Below, piece by piece: positions 27,701 through 39,065 of a stretch of DNA of 64,000 nt. Under the pieces are notes generated by a model, which was given only the letters and a program-made list of their open reading frames with translations, searched no databases and was not told the origin of the DNA. The translations under genes and the position numbers were made by a program. Source of the stretch: Nemertoderma westbladi (lineage: Eukaryota; Animalia; Xenacoelomorpha). Where the stretch lies: positions 1 through 64,000 of the forward strand of contig JAUCBJ010007155.1 of NCBI GenBank assembly GCA_032718475.1, given 5' to 3'. How positions within the stretch are numbered: position 1 is the stretch's first letter; each line of letters begins with the position of its first letter.

Positions 27701-28850
27701 AAGCAAGTAAACTGTTACAACTTACTCAGCTAAGCAAGTCAAATGTTACAACTTACTCAAATAAGCAAGTCAACTGTTACAACTTACTTAGCTAAGCAAG
27801 TCAACTGTTACAACTTACTCAGCTAAGCAAGTAAACTGTTACAGCTTACTTAGCTAAGCAAGTAAACTGTTACAACTTACTCAGCTAAGCAAGTCAAATG
27901 TTACAACTTACTCAGCTAAGCAAGTCAACTGTTACAACTTACTCAGCTAAGCAAGTAAACTGTTACAACTTACTCAGCTAAGCAAGTCAACTGTTACAAC
28001 TTACTCAGCTAAGCAAGTAAACTGTTACAACTTACACAGCTATGCAAGTCAACTGTTACAACTTACTTAGCTATGCAAGTCAACTGTGACAACTTACTCA
28101 GCTAAGCAAGTCAACTGTTACAACTTACTCAGCTAAGCAAGTAAACTGTTACAACTTACTCAGCTAAGCAAGTCAACTGTTACAACTTACTCAGCTAAGC
28201 AAGTCAACTGTTACAACTTACTCAGCTAAGCAAGTAAACTGTTACAACTTACTCAGCTAAGCAAGTAAACTGTTACAACTTACTCAGCTAAGCAAGTCAA
28301 ACTGTTACAACTTACTCAGCTAAGCAAGTCAACTGTTACAACTTACTTAGCTAAGCAAGTCAACTGTTACAACTTACTCAGCTAAGCAAGTCAACTGTTA
28401 CAACTTACTCAGCTAAGCAAGTCAACTGTTACAACTTACTCAGCTAAGCAAGTAAACTGTTACAACTTACTCAGCTAAGCAAGTCAACTGTTACAACTTA
28501 CTCAGCTAAGCAAGTCAACTGTTACAACTTACTCAGCTAAGCAAGTCAAACTGTTACAACTTACTCAGCTAAGCAAGTCAACTGTTACAACTTACTCAGC
28601 TAAGCAAGTCAACTGTTACAACTTACTCAGCTAAGCAAGTAAACTGTTACAGCTTACTCAGCTAAGCAAGTCAACTGTTACAACTTACTCAGCTAAGCAA
28701 GTAAACTGTTACAACTTACTCAGCTAAGCAAGTCAACTGTTACAACTTACTCAGCTAAGCAAGTCAACTGTTACAACTTACTCAGCTAAGCAAGTCAAGC
28801 TGTTAAGCTTGTGTCAACTGTTACAACTTACTCTATCAGCTAAGCTAATA
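15790..28850. repeat. 31-bp satellite (about 420 copies) filling intron 4 of the THAP gene
   Basis: Unit ACTGTTACAACTTACTCAGCTAAGCAAGTAA, with variants (ACACAGGAAAGC, ACTTAGCTAAGT, CAACAGAAC) arranged in domains. Confidence 0.98.
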
Positions 28851-28907
28851 CCGATAATGATAACTACATAATATATTACCAGAGAGATTTAATGTTGTTT
28901 TACTTAC

Positions 28908-29107
28908 TCTTTTTTCCACAATAAACGAACACCCATTGGTTGCAGTTAACATAGTTCCTCTAGGTACAGTGTATTTTTGCATTAAATTTGGATATGTATT
29001 GTTTGTAACTTTGGGAATATCAGGCGAGGGTTTGCTGTGTTTATTATCATTTCTAACATCTGTAGCATTTGCGGATGTGTTACATTTATTTGTAACATTT
29101 GTAGCAC
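28908..29107 (-). CDS. THAP-domain protein, coding exon 4
   Basis: tttttcag|GTGCTACA... to ...GAAAAAAGA|gtaagt; 200 nt, open frame (G)ATNVTNKCNTS...GCSFIVEKR; phase 1 in and phase 0 out, matching both neighbours. Confidence 0.78.
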
Positions 29108-29205
29108 CTGAAAAATTATTATTATGCTGTAATGATAATGATTTAATCTGTATCCTGATACGCGATTTACAGCTCCAAACAACATAGTGTACAGATAACC
29201 AACAC

Positions 29206-30470
29206 TAGGGATGCGACAGAGCTAAACTTTCATCCGGAGCCTCCTCCGGGTTACAATACGAGCTCCGGCCGGAGCCAGAGGTTTGGTGACTGATAATCCA
29301 GTGTATTATTATAGTAGACATAGACAGATATGTGTTCAAGAGACAGGGGGAATTTGATTCAAATTCTTACTCGGCGAATTAATATCCCGCCTCAATGTTA
29401 AATTATCAATTAAGGGAAATGAGTAGTTTACAGTCGCATGCTATTCTAATCAAAACAATAAACTATATTCAATATAACAGGTTACAGTTTTATTTTTGGG
29501 AGTAATCAGCAGTTATTTGCGTCGGTCGTCTACTGGAGAGGAATGCATTTTGATTGCGTCCATAGACTCCCTTATCTGGTGCTCAATGGGCTAAAATATT
29601 CTGTAATGTTTTAGACTTTTCAGTTCACACTCATTACGCAAACTGTTATATTTATTTCGTACGACTAGACTAGACTATCAGTAACTACGGTTTGTTGTCA
29701 ACTTATCATCGACACTATTTTTATGGGACAGATTTTTATGGGATTTGTGTAATTAATTTCGAGGAGTTGGTGCAGATTTCAGTATATTGTCATTGATAAA
29801 CGATAAAACATGTACCACCTACCTTAAGTACGTTACGTAGGCTGGCATAAACCGGATATCTAAAATAAGATTAGTAATTTGGATATATCACAACTGCTTA
29901 GAGGGTCCTCGGGCTCTATATACATTATTGAATCAGGAACTGAAATACAATCTCCGCACACAAATATTGTATAACTATTAAAATTATTACATAAATTTAG
30001 TAAACATATAGTTAATATAAAATAGTTCTAGAATTATAAGTATTTAAACTGATTATTTTATACAAATGAACAGTACCATCGTGTTGGCGATGGGGGGGGG
30101 GGGGGGGGGGGGGGGGGGGTGGGGTCAGTGGAATGGGTGTTCTAGACTGAGGAACGAAACGATAGTAGGTGTAATTGAGATTTTTTAATTAGGGAAGAAT
30201 TTTAATTGAATTAACTGAATCATTTCAATGTTTTTGTTCAAACATTTAAAAAATTTCACAAAGGGGGTGGGGGGTTATCAGGAAACTTAAAAAACAAGCT
30301 GTAAATTACTATGATAATTACATTATTCACATATCAGAAAAACTAATTATTTTCATTCGAATTTAAACAACATAAGCTCCGGATTGGCTCCGAGTTAATT
30401 TGCCCGGAGCCGGAACCAGAGCCGGAGACAGAAAATAGGCCCGGAGCTCCGGAGCTCTGTCGCATCCCTA
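29206..30470. mobile_element. Non-autonomous hAT-like DNA transposon
   Basis: 18-bp TIR TAGGGATGCGACAGAGCT ... AGCTCTGTCGCATCCCTA; 8-bp TSD ACCAACAC/ATCAACAC (one mismatch); CCGGAG subterminal repeats at both ends. Confidence 0.88.
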
Positions 30471-30484
30471 ATCAACACCACATA

Positions 30485-30668
30485 CATAGACCATGGGTCG
30501 AGCCACAAAGAAGGTGATGTCAAATCTCTGGATTTATTATTCTTGTTTTCTGTTTTGGGTGAATCAGTGGTTTCATATTATAATAACCTTCAGTGGGAAC
30601 TGCAGGTGGGATCGAACTGGTGACCTCCGGGTTGGAAGTCCGACGCTCTAAACAGTCAGCTAGCGGCT
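30485..30668 (-). mobile_element. tRNA-derived SINE or tRNA pseudogene
   Basis: Minus strand GCCGCTAGCTGACTGTTTAGAGCGTCGGACTTCCAACCCGGAGGTCACCAGTTCGATCCC has a degenerate A box, an anticodon-arm-like segment and a B box (GTTCGATCC). The acceptor stem does not pair. The downstream boundary is uncertain. Confidence 0.6.
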
Positions 30669-30814
30669 GAGGTAAAAGATAGACCTGGAAATACTACCTG
30701 ATACCTTGTATGTCCGCAATTTATGTCCTAATAGCCTCCCATCTGTCAATACCATCATATGCTGCCAGACACTATATAACATTGGAGGTGGAGGTATCTT
30801 AATGGTTCCCCCAA

Positions 30815-30945
30815 ACTTGACAATTGAACAAAGCCGCCTCCGCTTTGCAGGACATTGTTTTCGCCGTGAGGACCAGTCCGATTAAGACTTTGTGCCTTGG
30901 CGGCCTCAAGGAGTGAAGAAGCATGGTGGACAGTCCATGACTCCC
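30815..30945 (+). mobile_element. Decayed RTE LINE 3' fragment
   Basis: Translates SRLRFAGHCFRREDQ...VPWRP, matching the RRLRFSGHCWR...LLWQP C-terminus of the RTE at 4066-6708. Confidence 0.6.
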
Positions 30946-31202
30946 TTAACTCCTTAAATGATACTGGCCATAATGATGGGGATTATCTCGTCTAACATGG
31001 TTAGAGCTTAATGCTGCTGCAATGTAGCATGTCGATTATAGATAAGACACAACATCACTTAGAATCACGACCAAAGTTTTCACACATGACAAATAATATG
31101 CATCCAAGACCCCATAGCGTTTAAGTTAGACATAATAATATACCTCAATCTTATTGTACATCTATTATCCTACATAAAGCAAATAGCATCGGGCAGTTAT
31201 AC

Positions 31203-31428
31203 CTTCGGAAGACGTCTGTGTTTCATTTATGCCGACATTATAACGGCACCCAAGAGGTTCCTTCTTTATTAACCCATTATTGGGGAGTTGGGAAGTAGAA
31301 ACCCCACAGGATACTACTGGAACTGGACTATCAGCCATCGACGTCGGTTGACTAACAAATAGTTTGGGTTTTACATCACTAATAATAACAGTAGATAGAG
31401 AGTTCATTGTACTGCTAGTGCTATCAAC
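31203..31428 (-). CDS. THAP-domain protein, coding exon 3
   Basis: tgtttag|GTTGATAGC... to ...TCCGAAG|gtataa; 226 nt, VDSTSSTMNSL...IKKEPL...QTSSE; phase 0 in, phase 1 out. Confidence 0.75.
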
Positions 31429-31653
31429 CTAAACAATAATAGAGATATTACCATAAATAGTATTGCAGTACCGGTAAAAGTTCACAATAAAAATAAGATA
31501 CCTTCCTTACTATTATCTTACTTACTGCTTACTATTAGAATGAAAATAAAGCCGTCCCCAAAAACGGAACAAAATTACCAAGTCTCCGGTAAACCAATTC
31601 ATATTTTTGACTATTAATTGACTCAAATAAAATAATGATAACTTTCTATCTAC

Positions 31654-31851
31654 CTCGGGATCCACATCGGTTAGCCTTTTCCGTTTGGTCACCGGCACAA
31701 TCGCATCTGAACTCGGGCGTTTCAGTGGTCGATTTAATTGACAGTCGAATTTGGTTGGCACAGAATTCTTCTTCAACCTCAGCCTCCTCACGGCATGCGG
31801 AGTGTCACGCATCAACATAACTCTGTTATAATCTTCAAGAACATCTTGCAG
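31654..31851 (-). CDS. THAP-domain protein, coding exon 2 (AVPTIF-like box and basic NLS-like segment)
   Basis: tttttag|CTGCAAG... to ...CCCGAG|gtagat; 198 nt; RLRLKKNSVPTKF corresponds to the THAP C-terminal AVPTIF box, followed by TKRKR. Confidence 0.85.
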
Positions 31852-32506
31852 CTAAAAAGAGGCGTCGAATTGTTAATATTTTAATATTTAAAAAGTGTGC
31901 CTTTTACCAGGTGCGGGTCGATTCGCCCCTCGACCCTATTCGTCCCAAGTCGATTCGCCCCACATTTTAGGGGCATATGGACCTGGGGCGAATCGACTTG
32001 GACAGTTGACCGATTCGCCCCACCTTCCAAGTCCATTCGCCCCAGATGATATTATTGAATGTTTTACCAATAGGCTATTCTTTTTAGGTAGAATATTAGA
32101 AAGTGCAGAAGTACCAGATGATGACCAGAGGTTCACCATCACCATATCAATTTGTTTGACATGTAATTCATTATGTATGCTTCTAGGTCCCGTTCGAACC
32201 CTTGTCGAGCCACAAGAGTTGCCACTGTTGCATGTGAGTCACGTGATTCAATATATTGAACCTTAAAAGGAAAGTAGACATAAACAACATTTGGATTTGC
32301 TTGAATTTGTTCTGGTTGTTTGAGTTGCTTGCTTGGAATTTGTTTTACATTATAAGATCTTGAGAAAATATTACGCGTAATCGAGGTTCAAAAGTGTTTG
32401 TAACAAATATTTATACTGTAAGTTATTGCAATAGATTGAAGATCTAAAATATATTACGGGTAGGCCTAATCGAGGGTAAATGTTTGTAACAGGATTTCTA
32501 GCCTAC

Positions 32507-32842
32507 CTCAAAATGGTCCTCGCAACAGTTCCAGTTCCTATTCAAACGCATTGAATATGAATATGTACCGGTACCAGTACCAATGAAATATCGACGTGCG
32601 AGTTTAAACCACGTCTTCCTCAACTCAGTATCGGTAGGTACTTTAAGAAATAGTTTATTCGGTGTGCGGATAGTAGAGTTATTGCATCGAGGAACAAAGC
32701 ACCATTTGTATGATCTGGGCGTGGGCACTGGTACGGTACTGGTGAGGATGGTAGAGTTCCCAGAAGAGTTGGTTCCACGATCACATTCTTCGCCCGCGCT
32801 AACGATCTGACCGTTCTGCCCATTCCAGCTCTTCCATGCCAT
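32507..32842 (-). CDS. THAP-domain protein, coding exon 1 (C2CH zinc finger)
   Basis: CFVPRC...FLKVP...RKTW...CCEDHF has the THAP C-x4-C...P...W...C-x2-H-F signature; donor GAG|gtaggc, phase 0. Confidence 0.88.
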
Positions 32843-33300
32843 TCCAATCTGCCAATCTACCGGTAGGCGGTAGGCTCATGCGTGACTTGCAGTTGCTAAC
32901 AATAAGCAGATAAGCAATAAATAAGGTTGACGGTTCGGGCTAATGGCTGAATGGGGAACGGGTATGCTATGCTAGTACCGGTATGTCGTTGCCGTACTGC
33001 CGTATGCTGGTATGCGGCAAGCCGGCAACAACAGAACAAATATGTCAGAAGTACCCAGTCAGCCAGTTAGTACAGTAACGGTACAGTCCATCGGTCATTA
33101 TTGATAGAGGTGATGAACCGAGCAGCGAGCAGAGCACCTACATTCGACATTTTACAGATTTAGGTCTACTGTCACTGTCACCATTGTCAGATTGTAGAGT
33201 TCTAGAACAAAATATAAATATTATACACTACCGGGCTTCCGGGTATCAGACTATTAAACAACATAAATAAAATATAAAATATAATGTTCTAGAACACTGC

Positions 33301-33332
33301 CATGGCCTACTATATATATATAGTAGGCCATG
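33301..33332. other. Perfect 32-bp palindrome flanked by a 7-bp direct repeat (candidate transposon excision footprint)
   Basis: ACACTGC-CATGGCCTACTATATATATATAGTAGGCCATG-ACACTGC (direct repeats at 33294-33300 and 33333-33339). Confidence 0.7.
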
Positions 33333-34794
33333 ACACTGCACTGCACATAGCTAGTTATTTTTCAAATTTAAAATAGCTCGCAGTTAGGCCTAATTAAAAA
33401 TACATTATTTAAAAAAATTTTTATTAATAATGTTTGAGTTTGGCAGTTTGATATGGTAATACAGTAAGTAGCAAAGCACAAAGCGTAGTGATAGAAATAG
33501 TGTTTAAAAAAAGTCAAATAATACTCAAATAAGCCTAATAACTAAAAACTAAAAAAAAACAGAAAACTTAAAAACAAAAAAAAACATAAAAACTCCTAAA
33601 AACTCTAATCAATATTTATTTAAAACTAAATATATGAATATATATATATATGAAATTAAATAAAAATATTTTTTAATTTACTATCTATTTAAAATTAAAA
33701 AACCAGCTATGTTCTAGAACATTATAAAATATTTTTTATTTTATTTATTATAAGGCTGTGTGGCCTTGCCTGCTATTTTATACACGGCGCAGTTTGTTGA
33801 TGGATCGTTGAGCAAAAAGGCAATGGTCAAGTTAGATGCCACATACAGAAGGGCACTTAGACGGTTGCTCTACCAGGGTAACTACGTATATCCAACGAGA
33901 TAATTTATAACTTATTATGTTGTCTCCCACTGTCAACAGTAGCATTCGCTCGAAATATCATCGGCACCCTGCTGCGCCTACCGAAGTGCACTAACGTTCT
34001 GCTACAGTTCCATTTGGTTATTTCTGCATCTGCGCAGGAACAAACTAAATCCGTAGGACTGTTGGCCTCATATAAGAAATGCAGATTGGAGTACCCCGTC
34101 CCGCATATATCATCTTTACTGCGATATGACTATTGCAAAAAGACCCTGGTTAGCCAACTCGATAATGACCGGTTGTCCATTTCACACGAACAGGCCAAGA
34201 GTTTCATTTTAAGCTGTTTCGCACTTCCAGTGAACTTTAGGAAGAAATTTTATTATATTCAGAGTTTTTTTAACGTCTCATAAAGTGAAAGTCATAAACA
34301 TATTTTGCTGGTTTTTATTTCTAAGATGTTTTACTTCAGGTTTTTACTGTTGATAAATGATTATTAAATTACCGGCTTGACCAGTTTCATCCCCCTTGGG
34401 GAAGTTATTATTAAATTATGTTCTTGAATAGTACCTACTGTATATACACCATGACCCGTAATATAGTGTCATTTTCTGATGACACGGACCCCCCCCCCCC
34501 CAAATGTTTCTACAAATCTTTATCATATTGCTTGAAATTTGAAACACAACTAGTTCAACTCACCGTGATTGTTACCATAAAGCCGGAATTTTCGATTTCG
34601 CCTTCAAATTTTATTTATAAGCGTTTTAAAAGAGTGTCTTTTGCGAAATCGCACCCTCTGTATCATTGCCATTCTTCACTTTAGTCGTAATTTTTTCACA
34701 TCAATAGAAAGCTTGCGTTGAAAGGATTCCAAATATGTAGCAATATCTGAATATATCAATATTTCTCTCTATCTCTTTCTATATTGCAATATCT

Positions 34795-35245
34795 CTCTCT
34801 CTCCTTTCCCTTCCCTCAATTAGTTCAGTGATCGTTTATTGTTTTGGTTAGAAAATCCCGTCTCTGTAACCTGCTCCTTTCCCTGATTTGGTAAAGTTAC
34901 TGTTTATTGTTTTGGTTAGAAAAACCCGCCTATGTAACCTCTGCCCCTTTATCTCAATTGGTAATGTTATCGTTTATTGTTTTGGTTAGAAAATCCCGTC
35001 TCTGTAACCTGCTCCTTTCCCTGATTTGGTAAAGTGACTGCTTATTGTTTTGGTTAGAAAATCCCGCCTCTGTAACCCGCTCCTTTCCCTCAATTAGTTT
35101 AAAGATCGTTTATTGTTTTGGTTAGAAAGGCCCGGCTCTGTAACCTGCTACTTTCCTTCATTTGGTAAAGTGACTGTTTATTGTTTTGGTTAGAAAATCC
35201 GGCCTTAACCTGCTCCTTTCCATCAATTGGTAATTGTTTTTGGCT
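34795..35245. repeat. About 68-bp tandem repeat (6-7 diverged copies) between the divergent THAP and Rab33 genes
   Basis: TTATTGTTTTGGTTAGAAAATCCCG..TGTAACCTGCTCCTTTCC recurs at 68-70 bp spacing; a single related copy lies at about 7965-8025. Confidence 0.85.
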
Positions 35246-35910
35246 ATAAAATGAGTGTTTTGCTACGTCATGTGGTAATCGATTATCGACAACAACCGCA
35301 CAAACTATTAAATTTAGAGTCTTTTACCACAGGCCACAGGCGCATATGGAAATCTATCTCATAGTCTATAAATCATGGAATCATGGAATGTTTTGGCACA
35401 GGCATAGCACATAGTGAAACCAACTGTCCGACAGACCAGAAATCAACAAAAAAAATTGAATGTTTTGGCATAGGGATGTTGAAATCAACTGTCTGACAGT
35501 CCAGAAATCAGCAGTCTGACAGTTTGAAGAAATACATACATAAAAAGTCATTAAAAGGACAACAAGAGTCATTAAAGGGACAACAAATGGGGTATACAAC
35601 AAAAGTCATTATGCACAATTCGTAAAAAAAGGAGGACAAAATAGTCAAATAAAAGGAAATAAAAAATCACTGCCTATGTTAATTCAGTAATTCAGTTAGT
35701 ACAGTAACTGTAGTATTGTACTACGGTAGTACTGCTGTACTGCTGTACTAGTCTCTGAGTTTGTCTCTTGTCTGGATGTGTTGTTACTTCTCTATCTGTC
35801 TATGCCGTGTCGGTACCGGTATCCCTACACCCTACACCCTACCTCTAACAGTCTAAGAAGAGACCAAACACCGTGCTGTTAACAGTCAAGTGATTTCTCA
35901 TTTCTTAAAA

Positions 35911-36116
35911 ATGGAGGATTTGATTCCAGGCGACAATTCCATCGAACATTCCACGGGATCTGGCCTACCATCCGGAGTCTCCACCCCGAAACAACCCAGG
36001 ATATTTAAGATTATTGTTATAGGAGATAGCAATGTCGGCAAGACATGTCTAACCTATCGATTTTGTGGTGGAAAGTTTCCAGATAAAACTGAAGCGACAA
36101 TAGGCGTCGATTTTAG
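35911..36116 (+). CDS. RAB33: Rab33 small GTPase, coding exon 1
   Basis: [39 protein letters not shown] is the Rab33-specific G1/switch I sequence; donor AG|gtaagt at 36116/36117, phase 2. Confidence 0.95.
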
Positions 36117-37751
36117 GTAAGTCTTTAATAAGTTATACCAGTCCGGCTTCCGGTGTCGTGTCCGGCACCCTTAGGCGGTAACCGCCTGTGTTCTGTGTAG
36201 TGTACAGCTGCTCGTCGATCAGTCAGTCAGTCCATGTCGTCAGTAAATGGCTTAATGCATGCATCCAGCCCAGCATCTGAGCATACAGCGATCAGCGATA
36301 CATGCATACGGACAGGTCTCGCTCCTGCTACCTCTGTAACACAGTACACTACCAGTGCAGCAGTACCGGTGCGGTGACCGGTAGTAATAGTCACCGAACC
36401 GGTACCGTACTAAATCTGTGAATTATGCCTACATTATTCAGTTACCGGGTGCCGGGCCGGTAGCCTATTGAATTGATTACCTACTGGATTATGTAAAGCA
36501 GCAAAGCAAAGCAATGTCGCTGCCGAATCATGGCTCTCGAATAACTACCGGTACTCCGTTATCGGCGTTATCCAAAAATATTTTGGAAAAAATTGTAAAA
36601 TGTTTGCTGTCCGTCCGTATCCAAACCCCAACTGATTTGTGCCTTTTAGAAGCCGGTATACTGGTATAGGCTGATAGGCCTATATCTATACCCTGATACC
36701 AATTACCTTACCGGATCTCGCACTCTAGGAAAATATGTGTATTGAAAATGTTTAGAAATCCAGATTATGAAATTCCATGGTGTTTGATATGTGCAGAATC
36801 CCCAACATTTTTTCCATTTCCTCAAAAAATCAATTGACTGATTGAGTCCGATGACTCAGAACCCCGGCGGGGAGCTGTTTGTTCTAGAATCCTTGCTAAA
36901 CCAGACACTGCGACTAAGTTCATCACGTACAGGACGATTCTAAATCCAGATCTTCGTAGCCTCGATATATAGGCCTACCAGAACCGGTACCACAATAGAG
37001 CTGAATACAGGAATATGTTTCAGACCACCACAGAGCAAGTTTTACTTGACTACGGTTAATCTCACACAAACTTCGTGTAGAAACAGGTAGATGGAGCCGC
37101 GTGCCCCGCCACTGGAGAGTTTGTCAATGTGATGACTTGACGATTCAGGATGAAACGCACGTTATACTAAACTGTCCCATTACCTGCGACTTAAATATAT
37201 GCAACTCGACTTTCATAGCCTCAGTATCAGTAAGTTCTTTAAGCCCAATAAGAGTAATATCTACATGGGTAAGTACTTAACGGGGGTCCTGGATGTGTAT
37301 TCAATATAATTATTTTTCATTTTCTTTATTTTTGGTAGCTTGTTATTATGATATGTATGCAAATACCCTTAAATATAAACCATGTGCTAAACCATGTGCC
37401 ATTTGCATACACTTGTATTGTGTACATAAAGGCAAACAACGGGGGGGGGGGGGGGAATTTGAAAAGAAAAGGTATTTGCATAGCAAGGAATAATAAAACG
37501 CCTCTGCTAGAGCCTTTCTGTATATTAGAGTGGATGGGTATCCTTCTTGCCCTTATCATTGTGATTTTTATCCAGCTCGGTAGAGGCGGTTGTACTAAAT
37601 GTTATAGGCTATAATACGAAACGGATTTATTTGATTTGATTTACGTTCTTAACTTATCTGTTAACCATGAGTCGCCCAGTTTACGGAATTAGTTATAGAT
37701 GTAGGTAGAATTGATGGAAATATAACATTCTCGAATTTATGTTATTTTCAG

Positions 37752-37853
37752 AGAAAAACAAGTTGACATTGGTGGAGAGAAACTGCGACTACAGTTGTGG
37801 GACACAGCTGGCCAGGAACGTTTCCGACGATCTATGGTGCCGCATTACTACAG
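37752..37853 (+). CDS. RAB33: Rab33 small GTPase, coding exon 2
   Basis: ttattttcag|A GAA AAA...; (R)[33 protein letters not shown](R) contains G3 and the Rab33-type SMVxHYYR; donor AG|gttggt, phase 2. The next exon should begin NVHAVVFVYD; a complete copy was not found in the window. Confidence 0.93.
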
Positions 37854-37877
37854 GTTGGTCGGAGCAGATTATATTAA

Positions 37878-37920
<43 letters not shown>

Positions 37921-38832
37921 ACCCCTCCTTGGGTAAAATTTTCACATTTTAGTTTTCTATTTCATCCTGATGCAGATTTAATGGGGAGTTCAAATCATGA
38001 AACAGTTTGGCGAGATCTTTCTTTAGTTCTCGAGTTATCGCTGTCTTTCCGTCTACCAGTTTGTCCGTCAAAATTTAGAAGACAGACAGACAGACAAACT
38101 GACAGACAGATATATTAGATGCCACCAAACGTTAAAACTGACATCAGAAATGAAATCGCCGACCCCGAAAACCCCCATATTGGTAATTTTAGTGAGTTTC
38201 GTTAGAGGTATGAAGCCATAGTAGTCAATGTCAAACATTACTGACCGATTAACAGACTACAGACAGTCAGGTTTGAGCGGGAAAGTTCAAATTTTAAAGC
38301 CAATTATCTCGGAATTACATTTCACGATATTTCAATTTTTCAAAATACTACTCCTCCACCGTTTTTCACCCAAATTCGATAATTTATGGCTCGTTTCTGA
38401 AGATCATGAAAAATTATCCAGCACTTTTTTGAAAATTGTTTTGTTTAATTAATTTAACTAATTTTAATTAATTAATTTACTTAAAAATTAACAATTTAAA
38501 AAATCGGCTGGATAATTTTTGTAGATTCGATGGTGCTGAGTTCAAAAAAGTTGGTTTCAAAAAATTTCGATAAATATTAAGGGACTACCGTTAGTAGTGT
38601 TGTAAGTGAAATATTTAATTCCGCCACTCGCCGCTAGAGGGACACAAAAAAAATTAAAATTTCAATTTTTGTTCCTCTTTGGCCTCCCCCACCCCACGTT
38701 GGCTGAACACAACATAACAATGATATTGACCTACTACACGAAGTTTGAGCTGTTTAACCCCCCCCCCCCCCCCCCCCCCTTAATTATAAACACAGACCCC
38801 ACAGGAAACCCTCTAGACCCATGTTTGGTAGT

Positions 38833-39065
38833 TTATGGCCATTATTGTAACCCCCATTATGGCCATTATTGCAACCCCATTATGGCCATTATTGCAACCC
38901 CATTATGGCCATTATTGCAACCCCATTATGGCCATTATTGCAACCCCATTATGGCCATTATTGCAACCCCATTATGGCCATTATTGCAACCCCATTATGG
39001 CCATTATTGCAACCCCATTATGGCCATTATTGCAAACCCCATTATGGCCATTATTACAACCCCAT
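38833..39065. repeat. 23-bp minisatellite (about 10 copies)
   Basis: Unit ATTATGGCCATTATTGCAACCCC. Confidence 0.92.

Noticed and set aside
30590-30668. Functional tRNA gene
   Set aside because: A box and D arm are degenerate and the acceptor stem does not pair; treated as a SINE head or pseudogene.
33195-33725. GTTCTAGAAC repeats as heat-shock elements
   Set aside because: Only two nGAAn units each, embedded in AT-rich inverted-repeat-like context and also found elsewhere (about 30025, 36881); more likely repeat-derived.
33760-33990. Possible additional RTE-like remnant
   Set aside because: Only vague similarity (LDATYRRALR, ISNEIIY); too degraded to call.
37865-38800. Poly-G and poly-C tracts bracketing a possible element right after Rab33 exon 2; glycine-rich read-through ORFs
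   Set aside because: Ends are only loosely inverted with no TSD found; homopolymer lengths are unreliable; the poly-Gly ORFs are intron read-through.
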